Notes: generated by a model not told the origin, from the sequence alone. A stretch of 64,000 nucleotides of DNA from Vicugna vicugna (GCA_013265495.1 MU057718.1:1-64000); one strand, 5' to 3'. Positions 41,291 to 57,390 are shown, counted from the first letter of the stretch. Translations and numbers: made by a program.

Positions 41291-41353
41291 ATATACAAAA
41301 TTTATAAAATTTAAACCCAATAATGCATTGTTAAAATTATTAATTTATATACT

Positions 41354-41720
41354 TGCTATAGATTGAATGATTTTATCCACCCCACCCCCCCAATTCACGT
41401 GTTGAAATCTTAATCCTCAATGTGATGATATTTGGATATGAGGCATTTTGGAGGTAATTAGATTTTGAGGATGGAGTCCTCATGACTGAATTAATATAAG
41501 AGACACAAAAGAGCTTGCTTACTTTTTCTCCGTTTTCTGCCGTGTGAAGATACAATGAGATTTCCATCTGCAAACCAGGAAGCAGGCTCTCACTAGACAC
41601 CAGATATACTAGCATTTTAATTTTGGACTTCTTTGTCCCCTGAACTATGAGAAATAAGTATTTGGCTTTTAAGTAACTCAGTCTATGGCAATTTGTTACA
41701 ATAGTCCAAACCAACTAAAA
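41354..41720 (+). mobile_element. MLT1A-like MaLR solo LTR
   Basis: 'tgctatagattgaatg...ttgaaatcttaatcctcaatgtgatgatatttgga...gaactatgagaaataag...tttgttacaatagtccaaac'. Confidence 0.8.
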
Positions 41721-41729
41721 TAATAATCA

Positions 41730-42159
41730 TGTATCATTTTTATTATATAAGTTACAAGAGTACAATATAATCATTCATAACTCTTATAGGTCACACTGCA
41801 TTTATAGTTATTGTAATATATTGGCTATATTTCCTGTGTTGTACAGTATATTTTTGTAACTTATTTTACGCCTAATAATTTGTACCTCTTAGTTCTCTGC
41901 CCCTGTATTTCCCCCTCCCACCTTCCTTCTCCCCACTGATACCACTCGTTTGTTCTCTATATCTGTAATTATGCTTCTTTTTGTGGTATGTTCACTAGTT
42001 TGTTGTATTTTTTAGATTCTACACGTAGGTGTTATAATACAATAATTCTCTTTCTTTATCTGACTTATTTTGTTTAGCATAATGCCCTCCAAGTTTTTCC
42101 ACATTGCTGCAAATGATAAAAATGTCATTCTTTTTATGGCTGAGTAGTATTCCATTGTA

Positions 42160-42194
<35 letters not shown>

Positions 42195-43103
42195 CACACA
42201 GAGAGACACACACATACATATTATTTTGATATACGTATATGTAAAGATACATACGTCTTCTTTATCCATTTATCTGTTGATAGGCACTTAGGTGGCTTCC
42301 ATATCATGGTAAATGTAAATAATACTGCTATGAACATTGGGTAACTGTACTTTTTCATATTATGTTGGTTTGTTTATTTTCCATATATATCCAAGAGTGG
42401 AATTGCTGGCTCATATGATAATTCTATTTTTGGTTTTCTTGAGAACCCTCCATACTGTTTTCCACAGTGGCTGCAACAATTTTGATTCTCACCAACAGCA
42501 TATGAGGGTTCCCTTGTCTCCACATCCTTGCCAACATTTGTTATTTGTTCTTTTCGATGATAAGCATTCTGACAGGTGTGAAGTAATATCTCACTGTGGT
42601 TTTTATTTGCATTTATGTGATGATTATTGATGTTTCAGCTTATTTTCATGTGCCTATTTACCATCTGTATGTATTCCTTGGGAAAAAATGTTTATTCAGT
42701 TCTTCTGCCTATTTTTTAATTAGGTAGTTTTCTTGCTTTTGATGTTGAATTATATGAGCTCTTTACATATTTTGGGTACTACACCCTTACCAGTCACATC
42801 ACTTGCAGACATTGTCTCCCATTGTGTAGCTTGCCTTTTTATGTTGCAGGTGGTTTCCTTCACTGTACAAAAGCTTTTAAGAATAATTAGGTCTCATTTG
42901 TTTATTTTTACTCTTATTTCCTTTGATTTAGGAGACAGATCCAAAAAATAGTGTTGTGATTTGTGTGAAAGAGTGTTCTGCCTATGTTTTCCTTTTGAAA
43001 AGTCTTACACTTAGGTCTGTAACCCAGTTTGAGTTTATTTTTGTATATGGTGTTAGAGAATGTTCTAATTTTATTATTTAACATGTAGCTGTCCAGTTTT
43101 CCT
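41730..43103 (-). mobile_element. L1 3' portion (L1MA-like) containing (TG)n at 42161-42190
   Basis: Antisense 3'UTR and ORF2 C-terminus ('ttccacagtggctgcaacaat', 'ccacatccttgccaacatttg'). Confidence 0.85.
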
Positions 43104-43471
43104 CATGTATCTTTTAATAATGCTGAGAGAATAAATGAAGCCAAGTTAGTTTTGTAGAGTTTGTTATATTAAAGTTCTTATCCCCCCATTCTGATTCTCT
43201 TCAGTTATCCCTGTGGATCTATGTTAACAACTGATTTTGTTTTCTTACTCCCATCCAGTTTTCCCCCACCCATCTCCTTCGTCTTGTTGTCAAATATACT
43301 ACAGAATTATTAATGCAATTATGTGCCTATCATTTTAGGCAATTTAGTTTTGAAATCAGGAGAAGTAAGAAGAAGAAATATGCAATTATATGGCATTTTG
43401 TAATTACATGCATGTTTAATTTTATTGGCACTCTTTCCTTTTATGGCCTGAATTATTGTCACTTGCTTTTA

Positions 43472-46400
43472 CTTTTTAATTTTTTCCCTATTTTTACTTT
43501 TTAACCACCTTTATTGTGGTATGGCTACTATACAGTAAACTATACATATTTCAGATGTACAATTTGATGAATATTGATAAATACATAGCAGTGAAACTAA
43601 CAATACAATCAAGACAGCTAACATTTCTGTCACTGCCAAAGGGGTGCACATTTTGAATTCCCAATTTTTCCCTTCCCAACCCTTTATCCCCTGATAACCA
43701 TAAGTATTTGTTTCTCTGTATCTGTGAATCTGTTTCTATTTTGTAGATAAGTTCATTTGTGTCTTTTTATTTTTTGTTTTTCGTTTTGCTTTCACATATA
43801 AGCAGTATCACATGTGGTGTTTTTCTTCCCCATTCTGATTTCCTTCACTTAGAATGACAATCTCCAAGTCCATTCATATTGCTGCAAGTGGCATTAATCA
43901 CTGTTTATGTCTGAGTAGTTTTCCATTGTGTGTGCGTGTGTGTGTAATACATATATAATCACATCTTCTTTATCCAGTCATCTGTTGATGGACATTGGGG
44001 TTGTTCCCGTGTTGGGGCTACAGTAAATGGAGCTGCTGTGAACACTGGGGAGCATGTGTCTTTTCAGGTTGTATTTTCCTCCAGCTATAAGTCCAAAAGT
44101 GAGATTGCTGGATTCTATAGTAAGTCTATTGTTAGTTTTTTGAGGAAGCTTCACACTGTCCTCCATACTGGCTGCACCAATTTACATTTCCATCAGCAGT
44201 GTAAGAGGGTTCCTTTTTCTCCACACCCTCTCCAGCATTTATCACTTGTGGACTTTTTAATGATGGCCATTGTGACTGGTGTGAAGTGATATCTCATTGT
44301 AGTATTGATTTGTCTTTCTCTAACAGTTAGTGATGCTGAGCATCTTTTCATGCTCAACCATTTGTATGGCCATCTGTGTGTCTTCTGTGGAGAGATGTCT
44401 ATTTAGGTCTTCTACTCATTTTTTCATTGGCTTGCTTCTTTTTTTGATATTAAGGTGTATGACCTGTTTGCATACCTGAAAATTAGTCCCTTGTCACAAA
44501 TATCTTCTCCCATTCTGTGGGTCTTTTTTCATTTTGTTGATGGTATCCTTAAATGTGCAAAAGCTTTTAAGTTTAATTAGATGTTATTTGTTTATATTTC
44601 CTTTTATGTCCATTCCTCTAGAATCTGATTCTAAAAAACTATTGCTGTGACTTATGTCAAAGAGTGTTCTGCCTACGTTTTTCTCTGGCAAATTTTTAGT
44701 ATCTGGTCTCCAATTTAAGTCTTTAATCCATTTTGAGTTTGTTTTTGTACATGGTTAGGGAATGTTCTAATTTCAGTCTTTTACATGCAGCTGTCCAGCT
44801 TTCCCAGCACCACTTATTGAAGAGACTGTCTTTTCTCCATTGTATATTCTTGCCTCCTTTGTCATAGATTAATTGACCATAGGTGCGTGGGTTTATTTCT
44901 GGACTTTCTATCTTGTTCCACTGATCTATGTGTCTGTTTTGTGCCAGTACCATACTGTTTTGATTACTGTAGCTTTGTAATATAGTTTGAAGTCAAAGAG
45001 CATAATTTCTCCAGCTCCGTTCTCCTTTTTCAAGACTGTTTTGGCTATTCGGAGTCATTTGTGTTTCCAGACAATTTTGAACATTTTTGCTCCAACTGTG
45101 TGAAAAATGTCATTCATAATATGATAGTGATTGCATTGAATCTATATATTGCCTTGGGTAGTATGCTTATGTTAGCAATATTCATTCTTCCAATCCAAGA
45201 ACACTGTATATCTTTTCATCTTTTTATGTCATCTTCAATTTCTTTCATCAGTGTCTTATAGTTGTCAGAACTATGCCTCCTTGGATAGGCTTATTCCTAG
45301 GTATTTCATTCTTTTTGGTGTGATGATAAATAGGATCGTTTCCTTAATTTCTTTTTCTGCTGTCTTGTTAGTATATAAAAATGCGACTGATTTCTGTATA
45401 TTAATTTTGTATCCTGCACCTTTACCAAATTCATTGATGAGCTCTAGTAGTTTTCTGGTTGCTTCTTTAAGGTCTTCCATGCATAGTATCATGTCATCCT
45501 TGAACAGTGACAGTTTTCTTTTCTTTTCTTTTCTTTTTTAGATCTGGATTCCTTTTATTTCTTTTTCTCCTCTGATTGCTATGGCTAGGACTTCCAAAAC
45601 TATGTTGAATAAAAGTGGCAAGAGTGAGCATCGTTGTCTTTTTCCTGACCTTAGAGGGAACACTTTCAGCTTTTGACCATTATGATGTTAGCTATGGGTC
45701 TGTCATATATGGCCTTTATTATATTGGGGTATACTACCTCTATGCCCACTTTCTGGAGAGTTTTCATCATAAATTGATGTTGAATTTTATCAAATGCTTT
45801 TTCCACATCTATTGAAATGATCATATGTTTTCTGTTCGTCAGTTTGTTAACATGGTGTGTCACATTGATTAATGTGAGGAAAACTCCTTGCACCCCCAGG
45901 ATAAACCCTATTTGACCATGGGGTAGGATGCTTTTAATGCATTGCTGGTATCAGTTTGCCAGCATTTTGTTGAGCATTTTTAAATTTATATTCATAAGTG
46001 ATATTGGCCTGCAATTTTCTTTTTGCGTGCGTGATATATTTGGTTTTGTTGTAAGGGTGATGTTTACCTCATGGAATGGGTTTGGAAGTGCTCCTTCCTC
46101 TGCAATTTTTTGGAATAGTTTCAGAGGGATAGGAGTTACTTCTTCCCTAAATATTTGGTAGAATTCACCTGTGAAGTCATCGGTCCTGGACGTCTGTTTG
46201 TTGGGAGTTTTTAAATTACTGATTCAATTTTGATTTCTCCATCAAATCTGTAGGAGAGCCTTGCTGGATAGAGCACTCTTGGTTGCAAGTTTTTCCCTTT
46301 CATCATTTTAAATGTATCACACCACTTCCTTCCAGCCTGCAGAGTTTCTGCTTGAGTAATCAGCTGAGAACCTTCAGGTAGTTCCCTTGTATGTTATGTG

Positions 46401-48135
46401 TTGCTTTTCTCTTGCTGAGTATAGTATTTTCTCCTTATCCTTAATCTACGTCAATTTGGGTTAATCTTGTGTGGAATTCTCTGAGCTTCCTGGGCCTGGG
46501 TGACATTTTCTCCCCACAAGTTAGAGAAGTTTTCAGCTATTATCTCATCATATATTTTCTCAGGTCCTTTCTCTCTTCTTTTCCTGGTACCCCTATAATG
46601 TAAATATTAGTGTACTTCATGTTGTCCCAGAGTTCTCTTAAACTATTCACTTTTTCTTTCTCTCTCTCTCTCTCTTTTTTTTTTTTGTTCTGTTCTGTTG
46701 TAGTGATTTCCACTAATCTGTATTCTAGCTTATTGATCTGCTCTTCTCCCTCACTTTTAGTCTTTTCTTGGTTCCTTCTAGTCTGTTTTTCACTTCAGCA
46801 GTTGTATTCTTCAACTCTGTTTGGATATTCTTTATGTTTTCTAACTCTTTACTAAAAACTACCCTCTGTGTATCTATACTTCTCCTGAGTTCCCTGAACA
46901 TCTTCTCCATCATTATTCTAAACTCTTACTTGGCTAGATTGCCTGTCTCTTTAACATTTATTTTTTCTTCTGGGATTTTATCTTGTGCCTTGGCCTGGGA
47001 AGTATTCCTCTGCTGCCTCATATTGTCTAACTTTCTATTTGTATTTTTAGGTAAGTCAGTTTCATTTCTTGACCTTGGAGAAGTGGCCCTTTTTGGGAGA
47101 CACCCTATGCATCCCAGCAGTACACGTCTCTCTTGTCATCCAAGGACCAGGGTCCAGCTGGCCCCTAGGTAGAGTCTGGCTTGTGTTTGCAGATTTCTCC
47201 CACAAATTTGGGATTGTTGTTTTCTTATTTCTGGTATCTGTTCCCTGGTGGATAAAGCTGAACTGCAGCTTCTGTAGGTTTCCTGGCAGGAGGACATGGC
47301 GTCTGCTCACTGCTAGGTGGAGTTTAGGTCTGGCTTTTGGATGGATAGGGCCATGCTTAGTTGCATGTCTAAAGGTGGCTGTGCACTCAGGAAGACTGCT
47401 GATAGGTGGGGCTGAGTTCCTACCCAGGTTGTTGTTGGGCCTGAGGCTTCCCAACACTTAAGCCTTCCAGCTGTTGGTTGGGGCTAGGTCTTGGTGTTAA
47501 TGATTTAAGCAAGATGTCAAGCTCCTAGAAAATTCATGTAGTTGAACACTCCCCAGATATCTGCCACCAGCTTTTGTGTCCCCAAGGTGAGCCATAGCCA
47601 CCCCTTTTCTCCTCAGAAGACCTTTCAAATTGAGCAGGCAGGTCTGGCCCAGTTTCCTACGAAGCCACTGCCTGTGCCCTTGGACATGGTCCATGTGAAA
47701 TTCTTTGTTCGTGTCTCAAGAGAGTGAAGTCTCTTTTTTCCCCAACCTGTGGAGCTCCTGGAGATAAGCTCTGCTAGCCTTGAAAACCAGATATTCTGGT
47801 GTTTCCGTCTTCCAATGCCAAAACCCTGGGCTGGGGAGCCTTATGTGGGGCTCAGAACTCTCACTCCTGTGGAAGGGCCTCTGTAACTTAATTATTCTTC
47901 AGCTCATGGGCAGACTATTCAGGGGCTATGGGGCCTGCTTGTATCATGAGCACACCCCTCCTACCATCCCACTAAGAGTCCCTCTTTATGCTTCCAGTTG
48001 AAGAGGGTTTTTTTGCTAGGTTTTAGTCTTTTTCTTCCCCCATGGCTGTCTAGTAGTCAGTTGTGCTTTTGTTGTAGTTGTGAGGACAGGTGAGCTGGTG
48101 GTCCTACTATTCCACCATCTTGACCGGAAATCTCT
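43472..48135 (-). mobile_element. L1 retaining 5'UTR and 3' end, with a large internal deletion
   Basis: T-rich tail at 43472; ORF2 RT/C-terminal frames ([23 protein letters not shown]); jump from ORF2 to ORF1 at about 46230; 5'UTR about 47050-48135 ending in the L1 start 'ttccggtcaagatggtgg' (rc of 48111-48128). Confidence 0.88.
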
Positions 48136-48139
48136 GTCC

Positions 48140-50345
<2,206 letters not shown>

Positions 50346-51594
50346 TTCCCCTTTCCTCTTTTTAAATTAGCAGTTTTATTTATTTTTCCACAGGACTTTG
50401 GTATCATTCATGCTTTCCAAACTCTTCCAAGATTTCTAACAGTAGTTTCTGAGGTCACTTGCTTTTAGACTGAAGCACTTCTATTAGCATTTCTTTTAAG
50501 ATAAGTCTGCTAGCAATAAATTCTACTTTTTGTTTGTTTTATAAGTTTGGATGTATTAATTTTTTTTATTTTTGAAATATGGTTTTGTTGGATTTAAGAT
50601 TCTTGGTTGAGAGTTTTTAAAGTTTTGCATATGTTTTCCCACTGCCTCCATTGTCTAATGATGTGTGAACTGTTATTCTGAATGGGGTTTCCCCCATATG
50701 GAATACAAATTCAACTGTAGCCTGCAGGTGGATCAAAAATAGATGAGAACCTAGGGAAACAATTAGTATTAAAAAAAAAAAAGTTGGGAGAGGGTTGTGG
50801 GTTAAATATATGTAGGAAAAATGGACTTAATCTGGTAGCAGAAAAACCGTGTCATCCTCATTTCTTGGTGCTATATTCTAAATCAGAGAAAAGTGAAAAT
50901 CTCTGCAGAGGTATTTCTTTTTTTTTCTCACAATCATCTGTCTTTAGTTTTATTTCAAAAGAGATAGCTATGCAAAATGCTTTTTATGTTTATTTTTCTA
51001 TCCAAAGTAAGAGTCTTAATTGACTGTTGCTTCTAAACTAACTTCTTACTGATATTCTTAGACAATCCTTCGAGAAATAAAATTTTCATCACATATTTGT
51101 TATTATAGAAAAATCATTATAGTTCTAATTAGTATATAAATGGTTTTCAAAGTTGTCTTCTTTATAATACAAAATAATTTACTTTTCCCATTAAAATTTT
51201 TATTTCAGAAAATATCAAACTGATTAGATCTTTGAAAGGCTTGAACATTATGGCAGCATCTGTATTTTCCTTTTCCTCACGGGAGACAAGGGGAAGAAGA
51301 AATAAAGTGGGCAACAGAGCTTGCTCTTACTTGCATTCTTCTGTGAATGTAACTATAGTCCTTTCTTTCCCCAAGTCTTTGGTCTTGTCTCCTCTTTCTT
51401 CTTTTTTTAAATTGATTGGCTGGTTAGTTATTCAGTGTATTTATGTCAAAATAATTGTTCCCTTAACTGGAGGGGAAAGAGAAGAATGAAACCATTTATT
51501 CATATAACAAGAACTTACAAAACAAGTTTAATAAAATTTTAGTAAAAGTCCAATATGATTTTTAAAGATGACTATCAGCATTATTCTAAAATAC

Positions 51595-52755
51595 TGAGTA
51601 TGAGCACACGTCTATCAATCATCACTGTAAATGTCAATGGACTAAATGTTCCAATCAAAAGACACAGAATGGCAGACTGGGTAATGAAACAAGAACTAAC
51701 AACGTGCTCCCTACAAGAGACCTACTTTAAAGGACATTCATAGAGTGAAAGTGGGAGAATGGAAAAAGGTGTTTCATGCAAAATGGAAAAGACAAGAAAG
51801 TGAGGGTAGCAATACTCATATCAGACAAGAAAGACTTTAAAACAAAGTCCATAAAAAAGATAAAGGACATTATATAATGATCAAAGGAGCAATACAAAAT
51901 GAAGATATTACACTTATTAACATATTTGCACCCAATATAGGAACACCGAAATGTATAAAACAGATACTAACAGACAAACAGGGAGAAATTGATGGGAATG
52001 CAATGACAGTAGGAGACTTTAACACCCCATTCACATCATTGGACAGGTATTCCTGACATAAAATCAATAAGGCAATTGAGATATTAAATTACACAATAGA
52101 GCAGTTAGACTAAATTGATATTTTCAGGACATTACATCCCCCCAAAACAAAATACACATTCTTTTCAAATGCACATGGAACATTCTCTGGGATAGATCAC
52201 ATACTTGGACACAAAAGAAGCCTCAATAAATTTAAGAGGATAGAAATTATTTCAAGCATATTTTCTGACCACAATGGCATGAAAATAAAAATCAACCACA
52301 GAATGAAAAACGAGGGGAAAAAACACTACATGGAGACTAAACAACATGTTACTAAAAAAAAAAAAATTAAGTCAATGATGAAATCAAAAAGGAAATTTAA
52401 AAAAATACCTTGAGATAAATGAGAATGAAAACACAACCACTAAAATTGCATTGGATGCAGCAAAATCAGCCCTAAGGTGAAGTTCATAGCAATAGGGTTC
52501 TTACACAAAAAACAAGAACAAGCTCAAACCCACCACCTCAAAGAATTAGAAAAAGAACAATCAAACAAAACCCAAAGTCAGCAGAGAAAATGGATAACTA
52601 TCAGGGAGGAAAGAAAGAAAACAGATTAAAAAATAGAAAACATTAATCAAACCAGGAGCTGGTTTTTTGAAAGAGTAAACAAAATTGACAAACCGCTGGC
52701 CAGGCCCACCAAGAAGAAAAGAAAGAGGACACAATAAATAAAATAAATAAAATGT
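51595..52755 (+). mobile_element. L1 ORF2 endonuclease fragment
   Basis: LSIITVNVNGLNVPIKRHR frame; 'ggagactttaacacccca'; 'gatagatcacatacttggacacaaa'. Confidence 0.9.
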
Positions 52756-53374
52756 TGAGTATGGAAGGAGATAATTTAAGCAAGACACATAAAAGCCAGA
52801 CGATGTAGGTTCTTGTCAGCAATCTGAGTGTGTACTGCCTTTGCTTAAGAAAAGTGAGAAATAATGAAATAGTTTTAAGTGAGGAAATAAAATAAGAATT
52901 ACAATTGAAAAGATCACTCTGTACTATAGAGAATAGATTAAATAGGACAAGAATAAATGGGAATATAAATAGTTGTGCTCCAGTTTCTTTCCATGACTGT
53001 ACCTTCAGCAAATATTGTGAGAGCCACTACCATGGGCTAGACGTTAGCTGGCAATAGAGATCGAAGCTACTGTGCCTTTCTTCCAGTTGGGGATATTGAT
53101 AAACATATTGTTTTAATATTTTCAGATCTCTAACCCAAGACTCTACAATACACCTATTGATATAGCTTGCATAGCTTGCTTTGCAGAAAAGATAATTATC
53201 ATCTGAGTTAGAACTCACTCAGTTTCTCTTTTTTATAGTAAACATTTGTATAATATATGATGTGTATATTTGTTATATGTAATCTACTAGGTACCAAGCA
53301 TTCTTCTACACATTGAAAATATATCCTTGAACTAAAGAAGAACCTGTTCTCCTGGACTTCGTATTAAACTTCTA

Positions 53375-54016
53375 CACGTTAAGAAAAAAAGAAAGATAAA
53401 ATAAATTATACAAATCAGTAATAAAATCAGATATCACAACTGATGTCACAGAAATACTAAGGATCATTAAAAAGCTGCTATAAAGAATTATACACCAGCA
53501 AGTTAATAACCTAGTAGAAAAGGGTAAATTCTTAGCAATGTACAAACTACCTGACTGAATCATGAACAAATAGAAAATTTGAACAGATCAAATAGTAGCA
53601 AGAAGATTTAATTAATAATCAAAAACCTCATAACAAAGAAAAGTCCAGGACCAAATGACTTCACTGTTGAATTCTACAAAACAGTTAAAAAAGAATTCCT
53701 ATCAATCCTTTACAAACTCTTCTAAAAAGTAGAAGAGGTGGGAGCACTTCCCAATTTATTTTATGAGGCCAGCATTATTTTGATACCAAAAGCAGACAAG
53801 AAAAGAAAATTATAGACCAAGATCCTGTTAAACATAGACTCAAAAATCCTCAACAAAATATTGGCAAACTGAATTCATCAGTACATTAAAATGATCATAC
53901 ACCATGAGCACGTTGGATTTATTCCAGTGGTACAAGGGTCATCCACTATGTGCAAAATAATAAATGTGATACATGGCATTAATAAAATGAATAAAATAAA
54001 TTAATAAAAATGAAAG
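53375..54016 (+). mobile_element. L1 ORF2 fragment (pre-RT region), truncated at the 54-kb junction
   Basis: 'aagtccaggaccaaatgacttcactgttgaattctacaaa', 'ttttatgaggccagcattattttgatacc'. Confidence 0.85.
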
Positions 54017-54190
54017 TAAAAACTCTCAACCAAGAATCTTAAGTCCAACAAAACCAAATGATAGTCTCTAAATAGAATTCTGTACAATTCTTAAGTGTTA
54101 TTGCACAAATATTTGAAATATTATAACCTCAAATAATGGCCTCCATTCTCTCCCTCCCCTTCTCCTTCTGGAACTCTGACTAGATGGTTG
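54017..54190 (-). repeat. Mosaic junction: inverted copies of 50580-50619 and 281-417
   Basis: 54017-54056 is the reverse complement of 50580-50619 (39/40). 54054-54190 is the reverse complement of 281-417, with about 120 bp carrying one mismatch plus a slightly diverged end. Confidence 0.9.
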
Positions 54191-56551
54191 TGTTTGGGGG
54201 AAAGAAAGACACAACCACTGACTACACCCAGCACCCTGCCCACCATCAGGTGCAACCACCAACCTGAGCTGAGGGGTCTGCCTGTCCTCACCAGGAGTGC
54301 CCGGGGCACCCTGGGGTTCGTCTGGATGAGCAGGAAGCTGGCATCCCGGGGCAGTGGGCACGGCCCGCTCTCTGTGGACATCATCAGGCCTGGTGACCAA
54401 GGACCGTTCCAAAAAGGAGGCACACTGTGTGAGATGTTTGGTGGAACAGTGCTGCACCGGCCGACCTCTTGCAGCAGGGAAGCTTCTGGATGCGCCACCA
54501 ACGGTCAGCCCAGTACTCAGCTCTGAGAAGGGCCAGGGCCCATGGCCCCTACAGGAGCCAGGCCTGCCAGGAAGGGGGTGAGGTCTCCCCACTCCAGCTT
54601 CCCAGAGACGGGACTGGTGACCGGGTCCCCCACGGGCAGGACACAGCATCGCTGGACAGAGCAAGAGGGACACTGGCAAAACAGGGCAGTGGCCGCAGCC
54701 AGCCTGTCCTGTGGCCAGCGGCCTGAGTCACCTTCAGCAGGAGCTCCCCTGCACTGGGCAGTGGGGTGAGAGGCGAGCCCCGGGAGGAGGGAGCCCGACA
54801 CCCTGGCTTCCCGGCCCGAGACCCCTGGGCCTCTCCTGTCTTGTCCCTGGATGGGGAGGGGCAGGCCCCACTGCCGGGTGGTGGCAGGGGAGGGGGGGGC
54901 GTGCTACAGCCAGAGGTCACGCCAGGCCTGGCTTGGGAAGCTGTGCATCCTTTCTAAACTTCTGGAGCCCATGAACTTTCTGCGCTGTTTCTCTTTGGTT
55001 TGGGTTTTTGTTGGGAGACTCTGGCTTGGCATGTTTTGGGTTCTTTAGACAATAAAGCATCCTTTACCATTCCATAGTTCCCTGGGAACCGGTCTGTGCT
55101 GCGGCCCCTCCCCTGGTGACTCCACAGCCTGGCCGCCCTCCACACCCGTCCAGCCCCAGGCCCCAGCTCTCCCCCCACCACACCCATCCCTGGGGTTCCC
55201 TGGGGGCGTGGAGTCAGCAGCAAGTCCCAGGGGTCGGACGCCTGGTCAGCACGGCTGCTGTAACATGCTCCACAGTCGGGTTGGAACCAGAGAAATGATT
55301 GTCTCCCGTCCTGGAGCAGCACGTGCCAGGTCAAGGAGCGTGAAGGCCACTGTGCCCACCAGCTGCCAAGGCTGCAGGGACGGAGTCAGGACTCGGTCCT
55401 CCTGGGAGGCCAGACCCTGAGCTCCAGTCCCTCCTGGCGGTTCCATCTCAAAGGAACAGTCTCAGGTCCCGGGTTGTAGGAGACACAGCACTCCCCAGAG
55501 GGCAGACACAGGAGCCACAGCTGTCTGCCCTTCGCAGGAAACCCTCCAGGAAACGGAGGCCAGCACCTGGTCAGGGTTGGCTCTGCTGGGCGGTCCAGGC
55601 CAGCACTTCAGGAGAGCTCAGTCACCCACGGGACGCGGCCCCGGGTGGCTGGACATTGTCCAGGGGTCTGCGTGAGCCTTTCCGTGTGTCAGGGCAGAGG
55701 GGGCAAGATCAATGTGCCGAGTCTGTGGCTCCATGGCCCCAGGGGAGGCCAGCAGGACAGGCTCCTGGAGGGGAGCTGGGACCAGCACTGTGTCTCTGTC
55801 AGTAAAGCCACAGCACCCTAGGGCCATTGGAAAGGGCCATTCCAGCTTCCTGTGGGGACAGACAGACAGAAAGACAGAGAGACAGAGGAAGACAGAGAGT
55901 TTTATGCAGGAAAGGGACAGCTCGCTCCAGTGGGCTGTACAGCAAAGACGGTGAGGCCATGGGGCGGGCAGCCGGGTCCAGGAGCATCGCCGGCCCTCAG
56001 GGACCCTGCCAGGCGTGAGGACACCGGGCACCCTCTGCCTCGAGGGCTCTATCAGGGCTCCGGAAACCATCCTGGGGGTCTCCCCCACTCGCAATTTCTG
56101 TCACACGGAACACCTAACCAACAGGCTGAACCTGCCAATCGTCCCTGCAGCCTGCCCGGCCCCAGGCCCTACCCCTCACCTCCATCCCCTGGACCATGGA
56201 TCTGCCTCCAGCCAGACATTCCCATGGGGACACCAGGACGGTCGATACCGGCTGGCCCCACGGGTCCTTGAGGAGCACCAGTCCCAGGACAGCTGCCTCC
56301 CACCAGGCCTGAGGACCCCGTCCTGACCCTGGGGCAACACCAGGCCACAGCGCGTCCCCCATGCACAACCCCTCCTGGGCCCCTGGAAGCGAAGTGGCCG
56401 ACGCCTTCCCTTGAGCCCCTGTGTCAGCCCCAGTGTGAGCCTGAGGTCAGCCTCCTGCTGCTCCTGACCCCTAGGGGCCCTGCCCCGGGCAAGACCTCCG
56501 ACACACTCCTGTCAGTGTCTCACCTCTCCTACCCGCACCCCCATCCACATC

Positions 56552-56553
<2 letters not shown>

Positions 56554-56595
<42 letters not shown>
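56554..56595. repeat. (CA)n microsatellite
   Basis: Directly visible. Confidence 0.95.
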
Positions 56596-56597
<2 letters not shown>

Positions 56598-56709
56598 GGC
56601 TGCCACCCCACTGCGCTCCTGGGCCCCCACCAGGTCCCCCCTCCTCCCGCACTCCAAGGGGAACGTCTGTCAGTCTGAGCTTTGGATACCTGGATTGCTG
56701 TCCGTGTGC

Positions 56710-57390
56710 GGTGTCCGTGGATGTGGAGAAAAGAAACCCTTGTGCACTGTTGGTGAGAACATAAAATGGCATTACCGTCGTGCAAAACAGTTTGGAAGCC
56801 CCTCAAAGAAATTTCAGACACAACTACCACACTTGCAGCAATCTCACTGCTTAGAATAAACCCGAGTGAACATACAACAGGTCTTAAAGAGGCACTTGAA
56901 CACCCATTTCACAGCAACTCCGTTGACAATACCTACCACGAGGCAGGAACTCGAGTGTCCTTCCGTGGATGGACAGATGAGCACGATGTGGGCTGAGCAT
57001 ACAATGGAACGGTACTGCCGCTGAAGAAAGAAGAATATTGTGACGTGTGTGACAGCACGGGGGCACCTGGAGGACACCGGAACGCGTACCGTGAGCCTGG
57101 GGCAAGACAGTGAATCGTGTGCGATTCCACTTGTGTGAGCGATTAGGAGTGGCCGCATTCACAGAAAGAGAAAATACAGAAGTGGCTGCAGCCGGGGCAG
57201 AACGGGGGGTTATTGTGTACGGGCATAGGGTTTCACACGTAAAGACGGGGAGAGCTATGGAGACACAGGTGGTCGTGATTGCACTTTATGAATGTATCTA
57301 CTGTCCCCAAAACCCGGAGAAAGGGTTAACATGCCACACTTTCTTAGGGGCAAATCCTATTCTTTTACCACAGTGAAAAAAAAAAAGCCT
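56710..57390 (+). mobile_element. Old L1 3' end, GC-shifted
   Basis: 'ggatgtggagaaaagaaacccttgtgcactgttggtgagaacataaaatgg', 'atacaatggaac', A-tail at about 57376-57386. Confidence 0.7.

Noticed and set aside
50701..50714. 13/14 inverted match to 2470-2483 at the array's left edge
   Set aside because: Too short and AT-rich to distinguish from chance, although its position at two apparent breakpoints is suggestive.
54098..56368. Cluster of 60-190 aa ORFs in the GC-rich block
   Set aside because: No recognisable homology or consistent exon structure; expected by chance at high GC.
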